Source: a virus
Taxonomy: Duplodnaviria > Heunggongvirae > Uroviricota > Caudoviricetes
DNA: 46,456 nucleotides
Reading direction: 5' to 3' (one strand)
Virus record (IMG/VR): IMGVR_UViG_2563366990_000004
Made by a program: the position numbers and the translations under genes. Shown in pieces: positions 35,970-44,233 of the stretch (position 1 is the stretch's first letter; every line of letters begins with the position of its first letter). The notes below the pieces were generated by a model. It made no database searches. It was not told where the DNA came from and saw only the letters and a list, made by a program, of their open reading frames with translations.

Positions 35970-36545
35970 ATGGCGATAAAAGGGCTTGATCAGGCGATTG
36001 ATAATCTGAGCCGGGTTCGTAAAAACGCCATTCCGGCGGCTTCAGCAATGACGATTAACCGCGTGGCCACAACGACGATTAATCAGTCTTCATCACAGGT
36101 TGCCCGGGAGACAAAGGTACGCCGGAAACTGGTTAAGGAACGGTCCAGACTGAAACGGGCCACGGTCAGAAATCCGAATGCCAGAATTATCGTTAACCGC
36201 GGTGATCTCCCTGTTATTAAGCTGGGGATCAGAATGCTGGGGCGTCGTCCGGACAGCATACTCAAAGCCGGTCAGCATCGTTATCAGCGGGCATTTATCC
36301 AGCGATTAAATAATGGGCGCTGGCATGTTATGCAACGTCTTCCCCAGGCCAGATATGAGAAGGGCAATGACGACAAGGGCAGGAAAAAGCGTAATCGCCT
36401 TCCCATTCAGGTGGTGAAAATCCCGATGGCGGCCCCACTGAAACAGGCGTTTGATGAAAACGTTGACCGTATCCGTCGTGAACGCCTGCCCAAAGAACTG
36501 GCATATGCGCTGAAACAACAACTGAGGATTGCGATAAAACGATGA
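35970..36545 (+). CDS. Z: Minor tail protein Z
   Basis: MAIKGLDQAIDNLSRVRKNAIPAASAMTINRVA…VARETKVRRKLVKERSRLKRATV… matches lambda Z. Confidence 0.88.
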   Translation: MAIKGLDQAIDNLSRVRKNAIPAASAMTINRVATTTINQSSSQVARETKVRRKLVKERSRLKRATVRNPNARIIVNRGDLPVIKLGIRMLGRRPDSILKAGQHRYQRAFIQRLNNGRWHVMQRLPQARYEKGNDDKGRKKRNRLPIQVVKIPMAAPLKQAFDENVDRIRRERLPKELAYALKQQLRIAIKR

Positions 36546-36937
36546 AACATACTGATATCCGTGCAGCCGTACTGGATGCACTGGAGAAGCATGACACCGG
36601 GGCGACGCTGTTTGATGGTCGCCCCGCTGTTTTTGAGGAGGCGGATTTTCCGGCGGTCGCGGTTTATCTGACGGATGCAGAGTATACCGGTGAAGAGCTG
36701 GATGCTGATACCTGGCGGGCCACACTGCATATTGAGGTGTTTTTACCGGCACAGGTACCGGATTCAGAGCTTGATCAGTGGATGGAAAGCCGGATTTACC
36801 CGGCGATGGCGGCGATCCCTGCACTGGCAGGCATGATTACCACGATGGTTACGCAGGGCTATGAGTATCGTCGTGATGACGATATGGCATTGTGGAGCTC
36901 TGCAGATCTGACTTATTCCATTACATACGAGATGTGA
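36542..36937 (+). CDS. U: Tail terminator protein U
   Basis: [44 protein letters not shown]…, lambda U-like over its full length. Confidence 0.88.
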   Translation: MKHTDIRAAVLDALEKHDTGATLFDGRPAVFEEADFPAVAVYLTDAEYTGEELDADTWRATLHIEVFLPAQVPDSELDQWMESRIYPAMAAIPALAGMITTMVTQGYEYRRDDDMALWSSADLTYSITYEM

Positions 36938-36944
36938 GGATGAT

Positions 36945-37694
36945 ATGGCAACACCAAATCCCCTGGCGCCGGTAAAAGGTTCCGGCACCACGCTCTGGGT
37001 TTACACCGGTAAGGGCGATGCTTATGCAAACCCGCTGTCAGATGATGAGTGGACGCGTCTGGCAAAAATAAAGGATCTGACCCCCGGCGAGATGACGGCG
37101 GAATCCTACGACGATAACTATCTGGATGATGAGGATGCCGACTGGGTATCCACCGGGCAGGGGCAGAAATCCGCCGGTGACACCAGTTTTACGCTGGCCT
37201 GGAAGCCCGGCGAGAAAGGGCAGCGTGATTTGATTGCCTGGTTTGACAGCAGTGAGACCCGGGCCTACAAAATCCGCTTCCCGAACGGTACGGTGGATGT
37301 GTTCCGTGGCTGGGTGAGCGCCATTGGTAAAGCGGTGACCGCCAAAGAAGTGATTACCCGTACGGTAAAAATCACCAATATCGGTCGTCCTTCGCTGGCG
37401 GAGGATCGGGGAGAAATCACACCGGTCACCGGTATTACCGTGACGCCACTAACGGGGAATGTGGCAAAAGGTCAGAGCACCACCCTGACAGTGGCCGTTC
37501 AGCCGGAAGGCGCAACGGATAAAACATTCCGCGCAACGTCGGCAAATCAGAATTTCGCCACCATTACCGTGAAAGGGAACACGATCACCGTGAAAGGTGT
37601 TGCGGCAGGTAAAGCGCAGATCCCTGTTGTCACCGGCAACGGTGAGTTTGCGGCGGTGGCGGAGATCACCGTCACGGATGGCGCTGCGGGCTGA
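36945..37694 (+). CDS. V: Major tail protein V (with C-terminal Ig-like domain)
   Basis: 249 aa at the lambda V position; C-terminal region with Big_2-like pattern (…[32 protein letters not shown]…). Confidence 0.85.
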   Translation: MATPNPLAPVKGSGTTLWVYTGKGDAYANPLSDDEWTRLAKIKDLTPGEMTAESYDDNYLDDEDADWVSTGQGQKSAGDTSFTLAWKPGEKGQRDLIAWFDSSETRAYKIRFPNGTVDVFRGWVSAIGKAVTAKEVITRTVKITNIGRPSLAEDRGEITPVTGITVTPLTGNVAKGQSTTLTVAVQPEGATDKTFRATSANQNFATITVKGNTITVKGVAAGKAQIPVVTGNGEFAAVAEITVTDGAAG

Positions 37695-37710
37695 GGGGAG
37701 GAGATCAAGC

Positions 37711-38133
37711 ATGTTCCTGAAAACAGAACAATTTGAATATAACGGTGTGTCCGTCACGCTGTCGGAGCTGTCCGCGCTGCAGCGGTTTGATTATATGAAG
37801 TTTGTTTCAGACGCAGAACAACAGGGGACAACGAAGCATGATGTCGTGCACATTAACCAGCGATATCTGGAAACGGCATCCCTGCTTGTGGCGATGTCGC
37901 TATGGCATTCCCATTCCCTCAAAGGCACTCTGGCCTCTCCGGAGACAGAGATGCAGCAGATCCGCCGTGAAGTGATGCTGGGATGGCCTGCTGATGCACT
38001 GAATCAGGCAACGAACCGGGTGCTTTATCTTTCAGGTATGCTGGATAACCGGCACGATGCCGATCCTGAACAAACCGGGAAAGCAGAAGCGACTGAGCCG
38101 GTAACATCAAAAAAGCATTCGAAGGCGAGCTGA
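37711..38133 (+). CDS. G: Tail assembly chaperone G
   Basis: MFLKTEQFEYNGVSVTLSELSALQRFDYMKF…LLVAMSLWH… matches lambda G; ATG 37711. Confidence 0.85.
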   Translation: MFLKTEQFEYNGVSVTLSELSALQRFDYMKFVSDAEQQGTTKHDVVHINQRYLETASLLVAMSLWHSHSLKGTLASPETEMQQIRREVMLGWPADALNQATNRVLYLSGMLDNRHDADPEQTGKAEATEPVTSKKHSKAS

Positions 38134-38573
38134 ACTTTGTCCTGAAACTGGCGCGAGAGATGGGGAGACCCGACTGGCGCGCCATGCTTGCCGGGATGAC
38201 ATCCACCGAATATGCCGACTGGCGACGTTTTTACTGCACGCATTATTTTCAGGATACCCAACTGGACGCTCATTTTTCCGGGCTGATGTACGCCGTACTC
38301 AGCCTGTTTTTTGGCGATCCGGATATGCATCCGGCGGATTTCAGTCTGCTTGCGCCAGTGTGTGAGGAAGAGCAGACGGAGATGCCGGACGAGGAAGACA
38401 TGCTGATGCAGAAAGCGGCAGGAGTTGCCGGAGGCGTCCGGTTCTGTGGGGTGGGTGGGGGCGATATTTCACCTTCTGCGGATGTGGTGGATGTCAGCGA
38501 AGATGATGTTGCATTAATGATGGCTTCAGCGGGGATTTCCGGAGGTGTGAGATATGTCCCAGCCAGCGGGTGA
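38109..38573 (+). CDS. T: T segment of the G-T tail assembly chaperone, reached by -1 programmed frameshift from G (fusion 37711..38573)
   Basis: Slippery heptamer A-AAA-AAG at 38109-38115 in the G zero frame; the -1 frame is open from there to 38573 and contains the track ORF 38160..38573. Confidence 0.7.
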   Translation, partial: KKAFEGELNFVLKLAREMGRPDWRAMLAGMTSTEYADWRRFYCTHYFQDTQLDAHFSGLMYAVLSLFFGDPDMHPADFSLLAPVCEEEQTEMPDEEDMLMQKAAGVAGGVRFCGVGGGDISPSADVVDVSEDDVALMMASAGISGGVRYVPASG

Positions 38574-41166
38574 TCTTGTTATTGATTTGAGTCTGGATGC
38601 GGCCCGGTTTGATGAACAGATGGCCCGGGTACGCCGCCATTTTTCCAGTCTGGAGGCGGATGCCAGAAAAACCGCCAGTACTGTTGAACAGGGGCTGAGC
38701 CGACAGGCGCTGGCTGCACAAAAAGCCGGGATATCAGTCGGACAGTATAAGGCTGCCATGCGCACACTGCCCGCACAGTTCACGGATATTGTCACTCAGC
38801 TTGCCGGTGGTCAGAATCCCTTCCTTATCATGCTGCAGCAGGGGGGGCAGATCAGCGATTCATTCGGTGGACCGCTCAGCCTGCTTACCCTGCTGAAGGA
38901 GGAACTTCTCGGGATCAGGGATGCCTCTGAATCATCAGAGGATTCGCTGTCAGATACGGCAAATGCACTGGCTGAAAATGCCCGGAATGCCGGTGAACTG
39001 GGACGATTTATGTCGGTGGCCCGTGTGGCGGCAGGTGGCGGGGTTGCCGTACTGGCCGCGCTTGCTGCTGCCGCCTGGCAGGCAGAGCAGGCTGACCGGG
39101 CCTTATTGCGTTCACTGACCCTGACCGGAGGGGCGGCTGCCACCACAACGGCAGAATTGTGGAAAATGGCCGGGGTGATCAGCGATGAAGCCGGTGGTGG
39201 TATCAGACAGGCGGCAGAAAATCTGGCCCGTCTGGCAGAAAGCGGGAAATATACCGCCGGGCAGCTACGGATCATGGGGGAAACCTCTCAGAGATGGCTG
39301 CAGACGGTGGGGGACGATGCCGGGAAGGTGGAAAAAGCCTTTGAAGGGATTGCAGCAGATCCGGTGAAGGCGCTGGCCTCCCTGAATCAGCAGTATAACT
39401 TCCTGAGCGTTTCCCAGTTACGCCATATTGATGAGCTTGAGCGCACGAAAGGTAAACAGGCTGCGGTGACGGAGGCGATGTCCCTGTTTGCGGATGTCAT
39501 GAATGCACGTCTGGAGCAACTTGATAAAGCGGCCACGCCGGTGGAAAAAATCTGGGACGATGTTAAAACCTGGACTTCTGACGCATGGGCATGGATAGGT
39601 GATCATACACTGGGGGCACTCAGTCTGATCACTGACGTGGTGGCAGGAACCGTTGAACAGGTGAAGCTGCTGCTTGTGCAGGGGGATCTGGCGCTGGCTG
39701 AATTTATTCAGTCAGCCTGGGAAACGACAAAGAATGTGCCCGGCGTTGGTGCGTTGTTTGGTGAACTGGCAGAAGAGAACCGCGTATTTATTGAGAAAAC
39801 AAAACGCGATGAACTGGCGCTGAGAAAATCCATTGCGGAACGGGATGTGCGTATACGCCAGGGGGAAATGGGGTACATCAACCGTTCGCGTGCAACAGGC
39901 GTCAGCAAAGGTCCGGGGCAGCAGGAAGCCGTCAGCCGTCTGGCTGAAGAGCTGACAGGTAAAAAGCATACATCACCGAAAACGCGCTCTGCCGGGGAGA
40001 GGGAAGAGGAGCAGGCAAGAGAGGCTCTGCTTGCCCTTGAAGCTGAGCTCAGGACGCTGGAAAAACACAGCGGTGCGAATGAGAAAATCAGTCGGCAGCG
40101 CCGTGATTTATGGAAGGCGGAAAGTCAGTATGCGGTCCTGAAAGAGGCTGCCACGAAACGACAGTTATCCGGGCAGGAAAAATCCCTGCTGGCGCATAAA
40201 GACGAGACGCTGGAGTACAAACGCCAGCTGGCTGAGCTGGGCGACAAGGTTGAATACCAGAAACGCCTGAATGAGCTGGCACAGCAGGCGGTGCGGTTTG
40301 AAGAGCAGCAGAGCGCGAAGCAGGCCGCCATCAGCGCAAAAGCCCGTGGTCTCACCGACCGTCAGGCACAGCGGGAGTCTGAAGAGCAGCGTCTTCGTGA
40401 CGTGTACGGCGATAATCCGCAGGCGCTGGCACAGGTCACCGGGGCACTGAAACAGACATGGGCGGATGAAGACATGCTGCGCGGTGACTGGCTGGCCGGG
40501 CTGAAGTCCGGCTGGGGGGAGTGGGCGGAAAGTGCGACGGACAGTTTTTCGCAGGTTAAAAGTGCGGCCACGCAGACCTTTGATGGTATTGCACAGAATA
40601 TGGCGGCGATGCTGACCGGTGCAGAGGCAGACTGGCGGGGATTCACCCGTTCGGTGCTGTCCATGATGACAGAAATCCTGCTTAAACAGGCCATGGTGGG
40701 AATTGTCGGGCGTATCGGCAGCGCCATTGGTGGTGCTTTCGGTGGTGGTGCATCTGCTTCCTCGGGGACGGCCATTGAGGCTGCGGCGGCGAACTTCCAT
40801 TTCGCGACCGGAGGATTTACGGGGACGGGCGGCAAATATGAGCCTGCGGGGATAGTTCACCGCGGGGAGTTTGTTTTCACGAAAGAGGCAACCAGCCGGA
40901 TAGGTGTGGGGAATCTTTACCGTCTGATGCGCGGCTATGCGGAAGGTGGTTATGTGGGTGGTGCCGGAAGTCCGGCGCAGATGCGGCGGGCGGAAGGTAT
41001 TAATTTTAATCAGAACAATCACGTGGTGATTCAGAACGACGGTATAAACGGACAGGCGGGGCCGCAGCTGATGAAGGCGGTGTATGACATGGCCCGTAAG
41101 GGGGCGCAGGATGAACTCCGGCTGCAGTTGCGTGATGGCGGTATGTTATCAGGGAGCGGGCGATGA
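38554..41166 (+). CDS. H: Tail tape-measure protein H
   Basis: 870 aa; N-terminus MSQPAGDLVIDLSLDAARFDEQMARVRRHFS… and long stretches near-identical to lambda H (e.g. …LLALEAELRTLEKHSGANEKISRQRRDLWKAESQYAVL…). Confidence 0.9.
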   Translation: MSQPAGDLVIDLSLDAARFDEQMARVRRHFSSLEADARKTASTVEQGLSRQALAAQKAGISVGQYKAAMRTLPAQFTDIVTQLAGGQNPFLIMLQQGGQISDSFGGPLSLLTLLKEELLGIRDASESSEDSLSDTANALAENARNAGELGRFMSVARVAAGGGVAVLAALAAAAWQAEQADRALLRSLTLTGGAAATTTAELWKMAGVISDEAGGGIRQAAENLARLAESGKYTAGQLRIMGETSQRWLQTVGDDAGKVEKAFEGIAADPVKALASLNQQYNFLSVSQLRHIDELERTKGKQAAVTEAMSLFADVMNARLEQLDKAATPVEKIWDDVKTWTSDAWAWIGDHTLGALSLITDVVAGTVEQVKLLLVQGDLALAEFIQSAWETTKNVPGVGALFGELAEENRVFIEKTKRDELALRKSIAERDVRIRQGEMGYINRSRATGVSKGPGQQEAVSRLAEELTGKKHTSPKTRSAGEREEEQAREALLALEAELRTLEKHSGANEKISRQRRDLWKAESQYAVLKEAATKRQLSGQEKSLLAHKDETLEYKRQLAELGDKVEYQKRLNELAQQAVRFEEQQSAKQAAISAKARGLTDRQAQRESEEQRLRDVYGDNPQALAQVTGALKQTWADEDMLRGDWLAGLKSGWGEWAESATDSFSQVKSAATQTFDGIAQNMAAMLTGAEADWRGFTRSVLSMMTEILLKQAMVGIVGRIGSAIGGAFGGGASASSGTAIEAAAANFHFATGGFTGTGGKYEPAGIVHRGEFVFTKEATSRIGVGNLYRLMRGYAEGGYVGGAGSPAQMRRAEGINFNQNNHVVIQNDGINGQAGPQLMKAVYDMARKGAQDELRLQLRDGGMLSGSGR

Positions 41167-41492
41167 AAACCTTTCGCTGGAAAGTGAAGCCGGATATGGA
41201 GGTGAACTCGCAGCCGTCGGTGCGTGAAGTGCGTTTTGGTGACGGGTACTCACAGCGTATGGCGGCAGGGCTGAATGCTGACCTGAAAACATACCGGGTG
41301 ACGCTTTCCGTGACCCGGGAGGAGGCCCGGCATCTGGAAGCGTTTCTGGCAGAGCACGGGGGCTGGAAGGCATTTTTGTGGAAGCCACCCTATGCATACC
41401 GGCAGATAAAGGTGACCTGCGCCGGGTGGTCTGCGCGGGTCGGGATGTTGCGCGTTGAGTTCAGCGCGGAGTTTAAGCAGGTGGTGAACTGA
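41163..41492 (+). CDS. M: Minor tail protein M
   Basis: MKTFRWKVKPDMEVNSQPSVREVRFGDGYSQR… matches lambda M. Confidence 0.88.
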   Translation: MKTFRWKVKPDMEVNSQPSVREVRFGDGYSQRMAAGLNADLKTYRVTLSVTREEARHLEAFLAEHGGWKAFLWKPPYAYRQIKVTCAGWSARVGMLRVEFSAEFKQVVN

Positions 41493-42190
41493 TGCAGGAT
41501 ATTCACGAAGAAAGCCTGAACGAGTCGGTTAAGTCAGAGCAGTCACCGCGGGTGGTGCTCTGGGAAATCGACCTGACGGTGCAGGGCGGTGAGCGGTATT
41601 TTTTCTGCAATGAGCTGAATGAAAAAGGGGAGCCGGTGACCTGGCAGGGGCGGAAGTATGAGGCGTACCCGATTGAGGGCAGCGGCTTTGAGATGAACGG
41701 AAAGGGCAGCAGTGCCCGCCCGTCGCTGACGGTCTCCAATCTTTTCGGCCTTGTCACCGGGATGGCGGAGGATTTGCAGAGCCTGGTGGGTGCCACGGTG
41801 GTCCGTCGCCGGGTGTATGCGCGTTTTCTGGATGCGGTGAATTTTGTGGCAGGCAATCCTGAGGCCGACCCGGAGCAGGAGCTGACGGACCGGTGGGTGG
41901 TGGAGCAGATGTCATCGCTGACGGCCATGACGGCCTCGTTTGTGCTGGCGACACCGACGGAGACGGACGGTGCGCTGTTTCCCGGTCGCATCATGCTGGC
42001 GAACACCTGTATGTGGGATTACCGGGGCGATGAGTGCGGGTATAACGGTCCGGCAGTGGCGGATGAGTTCGACAACCCCACCACGGATATCCGGAAGGAC
42101 AGATGCAGTAAATGCATGCGCGGGTGTGAGATGCGCGGCATGGCGGCCAATTTTGGCGGTTTCCTTTCCATCAATAAACTTTCGCAGTAA
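41492..42190 (+). CDS. L: Minor tail protein L
   Basis: 232 aa, lambda L length and position; ATGA overlap with M. Confidence 0.85.
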   Translation: MQDIHEESLNESVKSEQSPRVVLWEIDLTVQGGERYFFCNELNEKGEPVTWQGRKYEAYPIEGSGFEMNGKGSSARPSLTVSNLFGLVTGMAEDLQSLVGATVVRRRVYARFLDAVNFVAGNPEADPEQELTDRWVVEQMSSLTAMTASFVLATPTETDGALFPGRIMLANTCMWDYRGDECGYNGPAVADEFDNPTTDIRKDRCSKCMRGCEMRGMAANFGGFLSINKLSQ

Positions 42191-42200
42191 ATCCCGTTTT

Positions 42201-42944
42201 ATGACACAGACTGAATCAGCGATTCTGGTGCATGCCCGGCGGTGTGCGCCAGCGGAGTCGTGCGGCTTCGTGATAAGCACCCCGGAGGGCGAACGGTACC
42301 AGCCCTGCATGAATATCTCCGCAGAGCCGGAGGCGTATTTTCGTATTACACCGGAAGACTGGCTGCAGGCACAGATGCAGGGGGAGATTGTGGCGCTGGT
42401 CCACAGTCATCCCGGTGGTCTGCCCTGGCTGAGCGAGGCGGACCGGCGGCTGCAGATAAAGAGTGCCCTGCCCTGGTGGCTGGTCTGCCGGGGTGAAATT
42501 CACCGGTTCCGCTGTGTGCCGCACCTGACCGGACGGCGCTTTGAACACGGTGTGACGGACTGTTACACCCTGTTCCGGGATGCATACCATCTGGCGGGGA
42601 TAACGCTGCCGGATTTTGTGCGTGAGGATGACTGGTGGCGCAACGGCCAGAACCTGTACCTGGACAACCTGGCGGAAAACGGCTTTTACCGGGTGTCTCC
42701 GTCCTGTGCACAGGCGGGCGATATCCTGCTGTGCTGCTTCGGCGCATCGGTGCCGAATCATGCCGCCATTTACTGTGGCAACGGTGAACTGCTTCACCAT
42801 ATACCTGAACAACTGAGTAAACGGGAGAGGTATTCTGAAAAATGGCAACGACGAACGCATTCTGTCTGGCGTCACCGCCACTGGTCCGCATCTGCCTTCA
42901 CGGGGATTTACAACGATTTGGTCGCCGCATCAGCCTGTATGTGA
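42201..42944 (+). CDS. K: Tail assembly protein K (MPN/JAB plus NlpC/P60-like)
   Basis: ATG 42201; …ILVHARRCAPAESCGFVISTPEGERYQPCMNISAEPE…ALVHSHPGGLPWLSEADRR… matches lambda K. The track ORF starting at 41940 is an upstream extension through L and is rejected as the start. Confidence 0.85.
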   Translation: MTQTESAILVHARRCAPAESCGFVISTPEGERYQPCMNISAEPEAYFRITPEDWLQAQMQGEIVALVHSHPGGLPWLSEADRRLQIKSALPWWLVCRGEIHRFRCVPHLTGRRFEHGVTDCYTLFRDAYHLAGITLPDFVREDDWWRNGQNLYLDNLAENGFYRVSPSCAQAGDILLCCFGASVPNHAAIYCGNGELLHHIPEQLSKRERYSEKWQRRTHSVWRHRHWSASAFTGIYNDLVAASACM

Positions 42945-43522
42945 ACACGGCAGCGGAGGCCATCCGTGCCCTGTCGCTGCAGGTGCCGGGATTCCGCTGT
43001 CAGATGAACGAAGGCTGGTATCAGATACGTATTGCCGGTGAGGATACCGCGCCGGAGGCGGTGTATGCCTGTCTTCACGAACAACTGGGTGAGGGAGCGG
43101 TCATCCACATTGTGCCGCGACTGGCCGGAGCCGGGGGAAATGGTGTTTTTCAGGTGGTGCTGGGGGTTGCAGCGATTGTCGGGTCATTTTTCACTGGTGG
43201 TGCAACACTGGCGGCATGGGGCGCAGCCCTGAGTGCCGGAGGGCTGACTGCCACCACGATGCTGTTCTCACTGGGTGCCAGCATGATACTGGGTGGTGTG
43301 GCCCAGATGCTGGCCCCGAAGGCAAAGACGCCGGAGTACAAAAGTACGGATAACGGTAAACAGAACACGTATTTTTCGTCACTGGACAACATGATTGCCC
43401 AGGGTAACCCGATGCCGGTGCCTTACGGTGAAATGCTGGTTGGTTCACGACGGATATCCCAGGACATCAGCACCCGTGATGAGGGCGGAGACGGGAAAGT
43501 GGTGGTTATCGGGCGGGGATAA
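42842..43522 (+). CDS. I: Tail assembly protein I
   Basis: …ARICL.GDLQRFGRRI.L.V.T.AEAIRAL..Q.P.FR…GAVIHIVPR.AGA…GVFQ.VLG.AAI.GSFFT.GATLAAWGAA… matches lambda I. Confidence 0.85.
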   Translation: MATTNAFCLASPPLVRICLHGDLQRFGRRISLYVNTAAEAIRALSLQVPGFRCQMNEGWYQIRIAGEDTAPEAVYACLHEQLGEGAVIHIVPRLAGAGGNGVFQVVLGVAAIVGSFFTGGATLAAWGAALSAGGLTATTMLFSLGASMILGGVAQMLAPKAKTPEYKSTDNGKQNTYFSSLDNMIAQGNPMPVPYGEMLVGSRRISQDISTRDEGGDGKVVVIGRG

Positions 43523-44233
43523 AAATAAAAAAAATCCCGCAGAGTTAGCGGAGCTGCGGGAAATAACGATGAAGATTAACGTTATGGAGTTATTTTTTTG
43601 GGCAGAAAAACATTAACGCAGCGAAATTATAAGCGCTACATGGATTTTGCGAAAATGTGAAGAAATTCAGAAATTTTTTGCTGCAGAGGTGCAGGGAGCT
43701 TGCCGGGTATTTGTGGCAGAAGACAGAAAACATCATGCCGGGGTTAAGGGATAAAAAAATCCCGCAGAGTCCGGAGACTGCGGGACAGAACCGATGAAGA
43801 TTAACGTTCAAGGAGTTTTGTTTTTATTGACCCGAAAAAACTGTAACGCCCCGGAATGATATCTGCCACGGGGACGTACAGAAAATGTGAAGAAATTCAG
43901 ACTTTTTCTGTCGCAGGTTTACAGAACGGATGACCGCCAGGGTACCAGTGGCGTAAATGAGCAGGATGTTGTGGTGTGGCTGAAGCAAAAAAATCTCCCG
44001 TAATATCGCCGGATACTGACGGGAGACGAATAGTCACCTTAAGGAGGTCTGATAATTATTGCTTTTATTGAGCAAAAAAACTGTAACGCTGCGTCATTAT
44101 AGTGGCTACAGGCAATTGCCGGAAATGTGAAGAATTTCAGAAATTTTATTCCGTCATGACACAGGCACCCTCCGGGGTGCCTGTTGTTTTTGGGCATAAA
44201 CAGATTCAGACATCAGACAGGAGAGGGGGACAG
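43523..44233. repeat. Repeat-rich non-coding spacer between tail genes I and J: three diverged direct repeat units with hairpins and a conserved AAATGTGAAGAAATTCAGA block
   Basis: Units at ~43525-43680, ~43750-43900 and ~43985-44155. Each has an A-run plus GC hairpin (AAAAAAATCCCGCAG…CTGCGGG, or AAAAAAATCTCCCGT…ACGGGAGA), AAAAA(A)CTGTAACGC-like block, and AAATGTGAAGAA(A/T)TTCAGA. Units 1 and 2 also share CGATGAAGATTAACGTT. Confidence 0.6.
44163..44195 (+). terminator. Intrinsic terminator immediately upstream of J
   Basis: GGCACCC-TCCG-GGGTGCC hairpin followed by TGTTGTTTTT. Confidence 0.5.

Noticed and set aside
38077-38083. GGGAAAG as the G-T frameshift site (as in lambda)
   Set aside because: It is in the wrong codon phase (G frame reads GGG-AAA) and the -1 frame terminates at 38094-38096; the A-AAA-AAG heptamer at 38109-38115 is used instead.
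40165-41022. 285-aa minus-strand ORF inside tape-measure gene H
   Set aside because: Antisense to a gene with near-lambda identity; typical GC-rich shadow ORF.
41940-42200. Upstream extension of the K reading frame (track ORF 41940..42944)
   Set aside because: The extension overlaps most of L in another frame and has no homology; lambda-K alignment begins at ATG 42201.
42216-42881. 221-aa minus-strand ORF (and 42346..42891) inside tail gene K
   Set aside because: Antisense shadow ORFs; K on the plus strand is near-identical to lambda K.
43523-44233. CRISPR array as an explanation for the I-J repeats
   Set aside because: Repeat units are ~150 bp, irregularly spaced and diverged; there are no short (25-40 bp) identical direct repeats with unique spacers and no cas genes.
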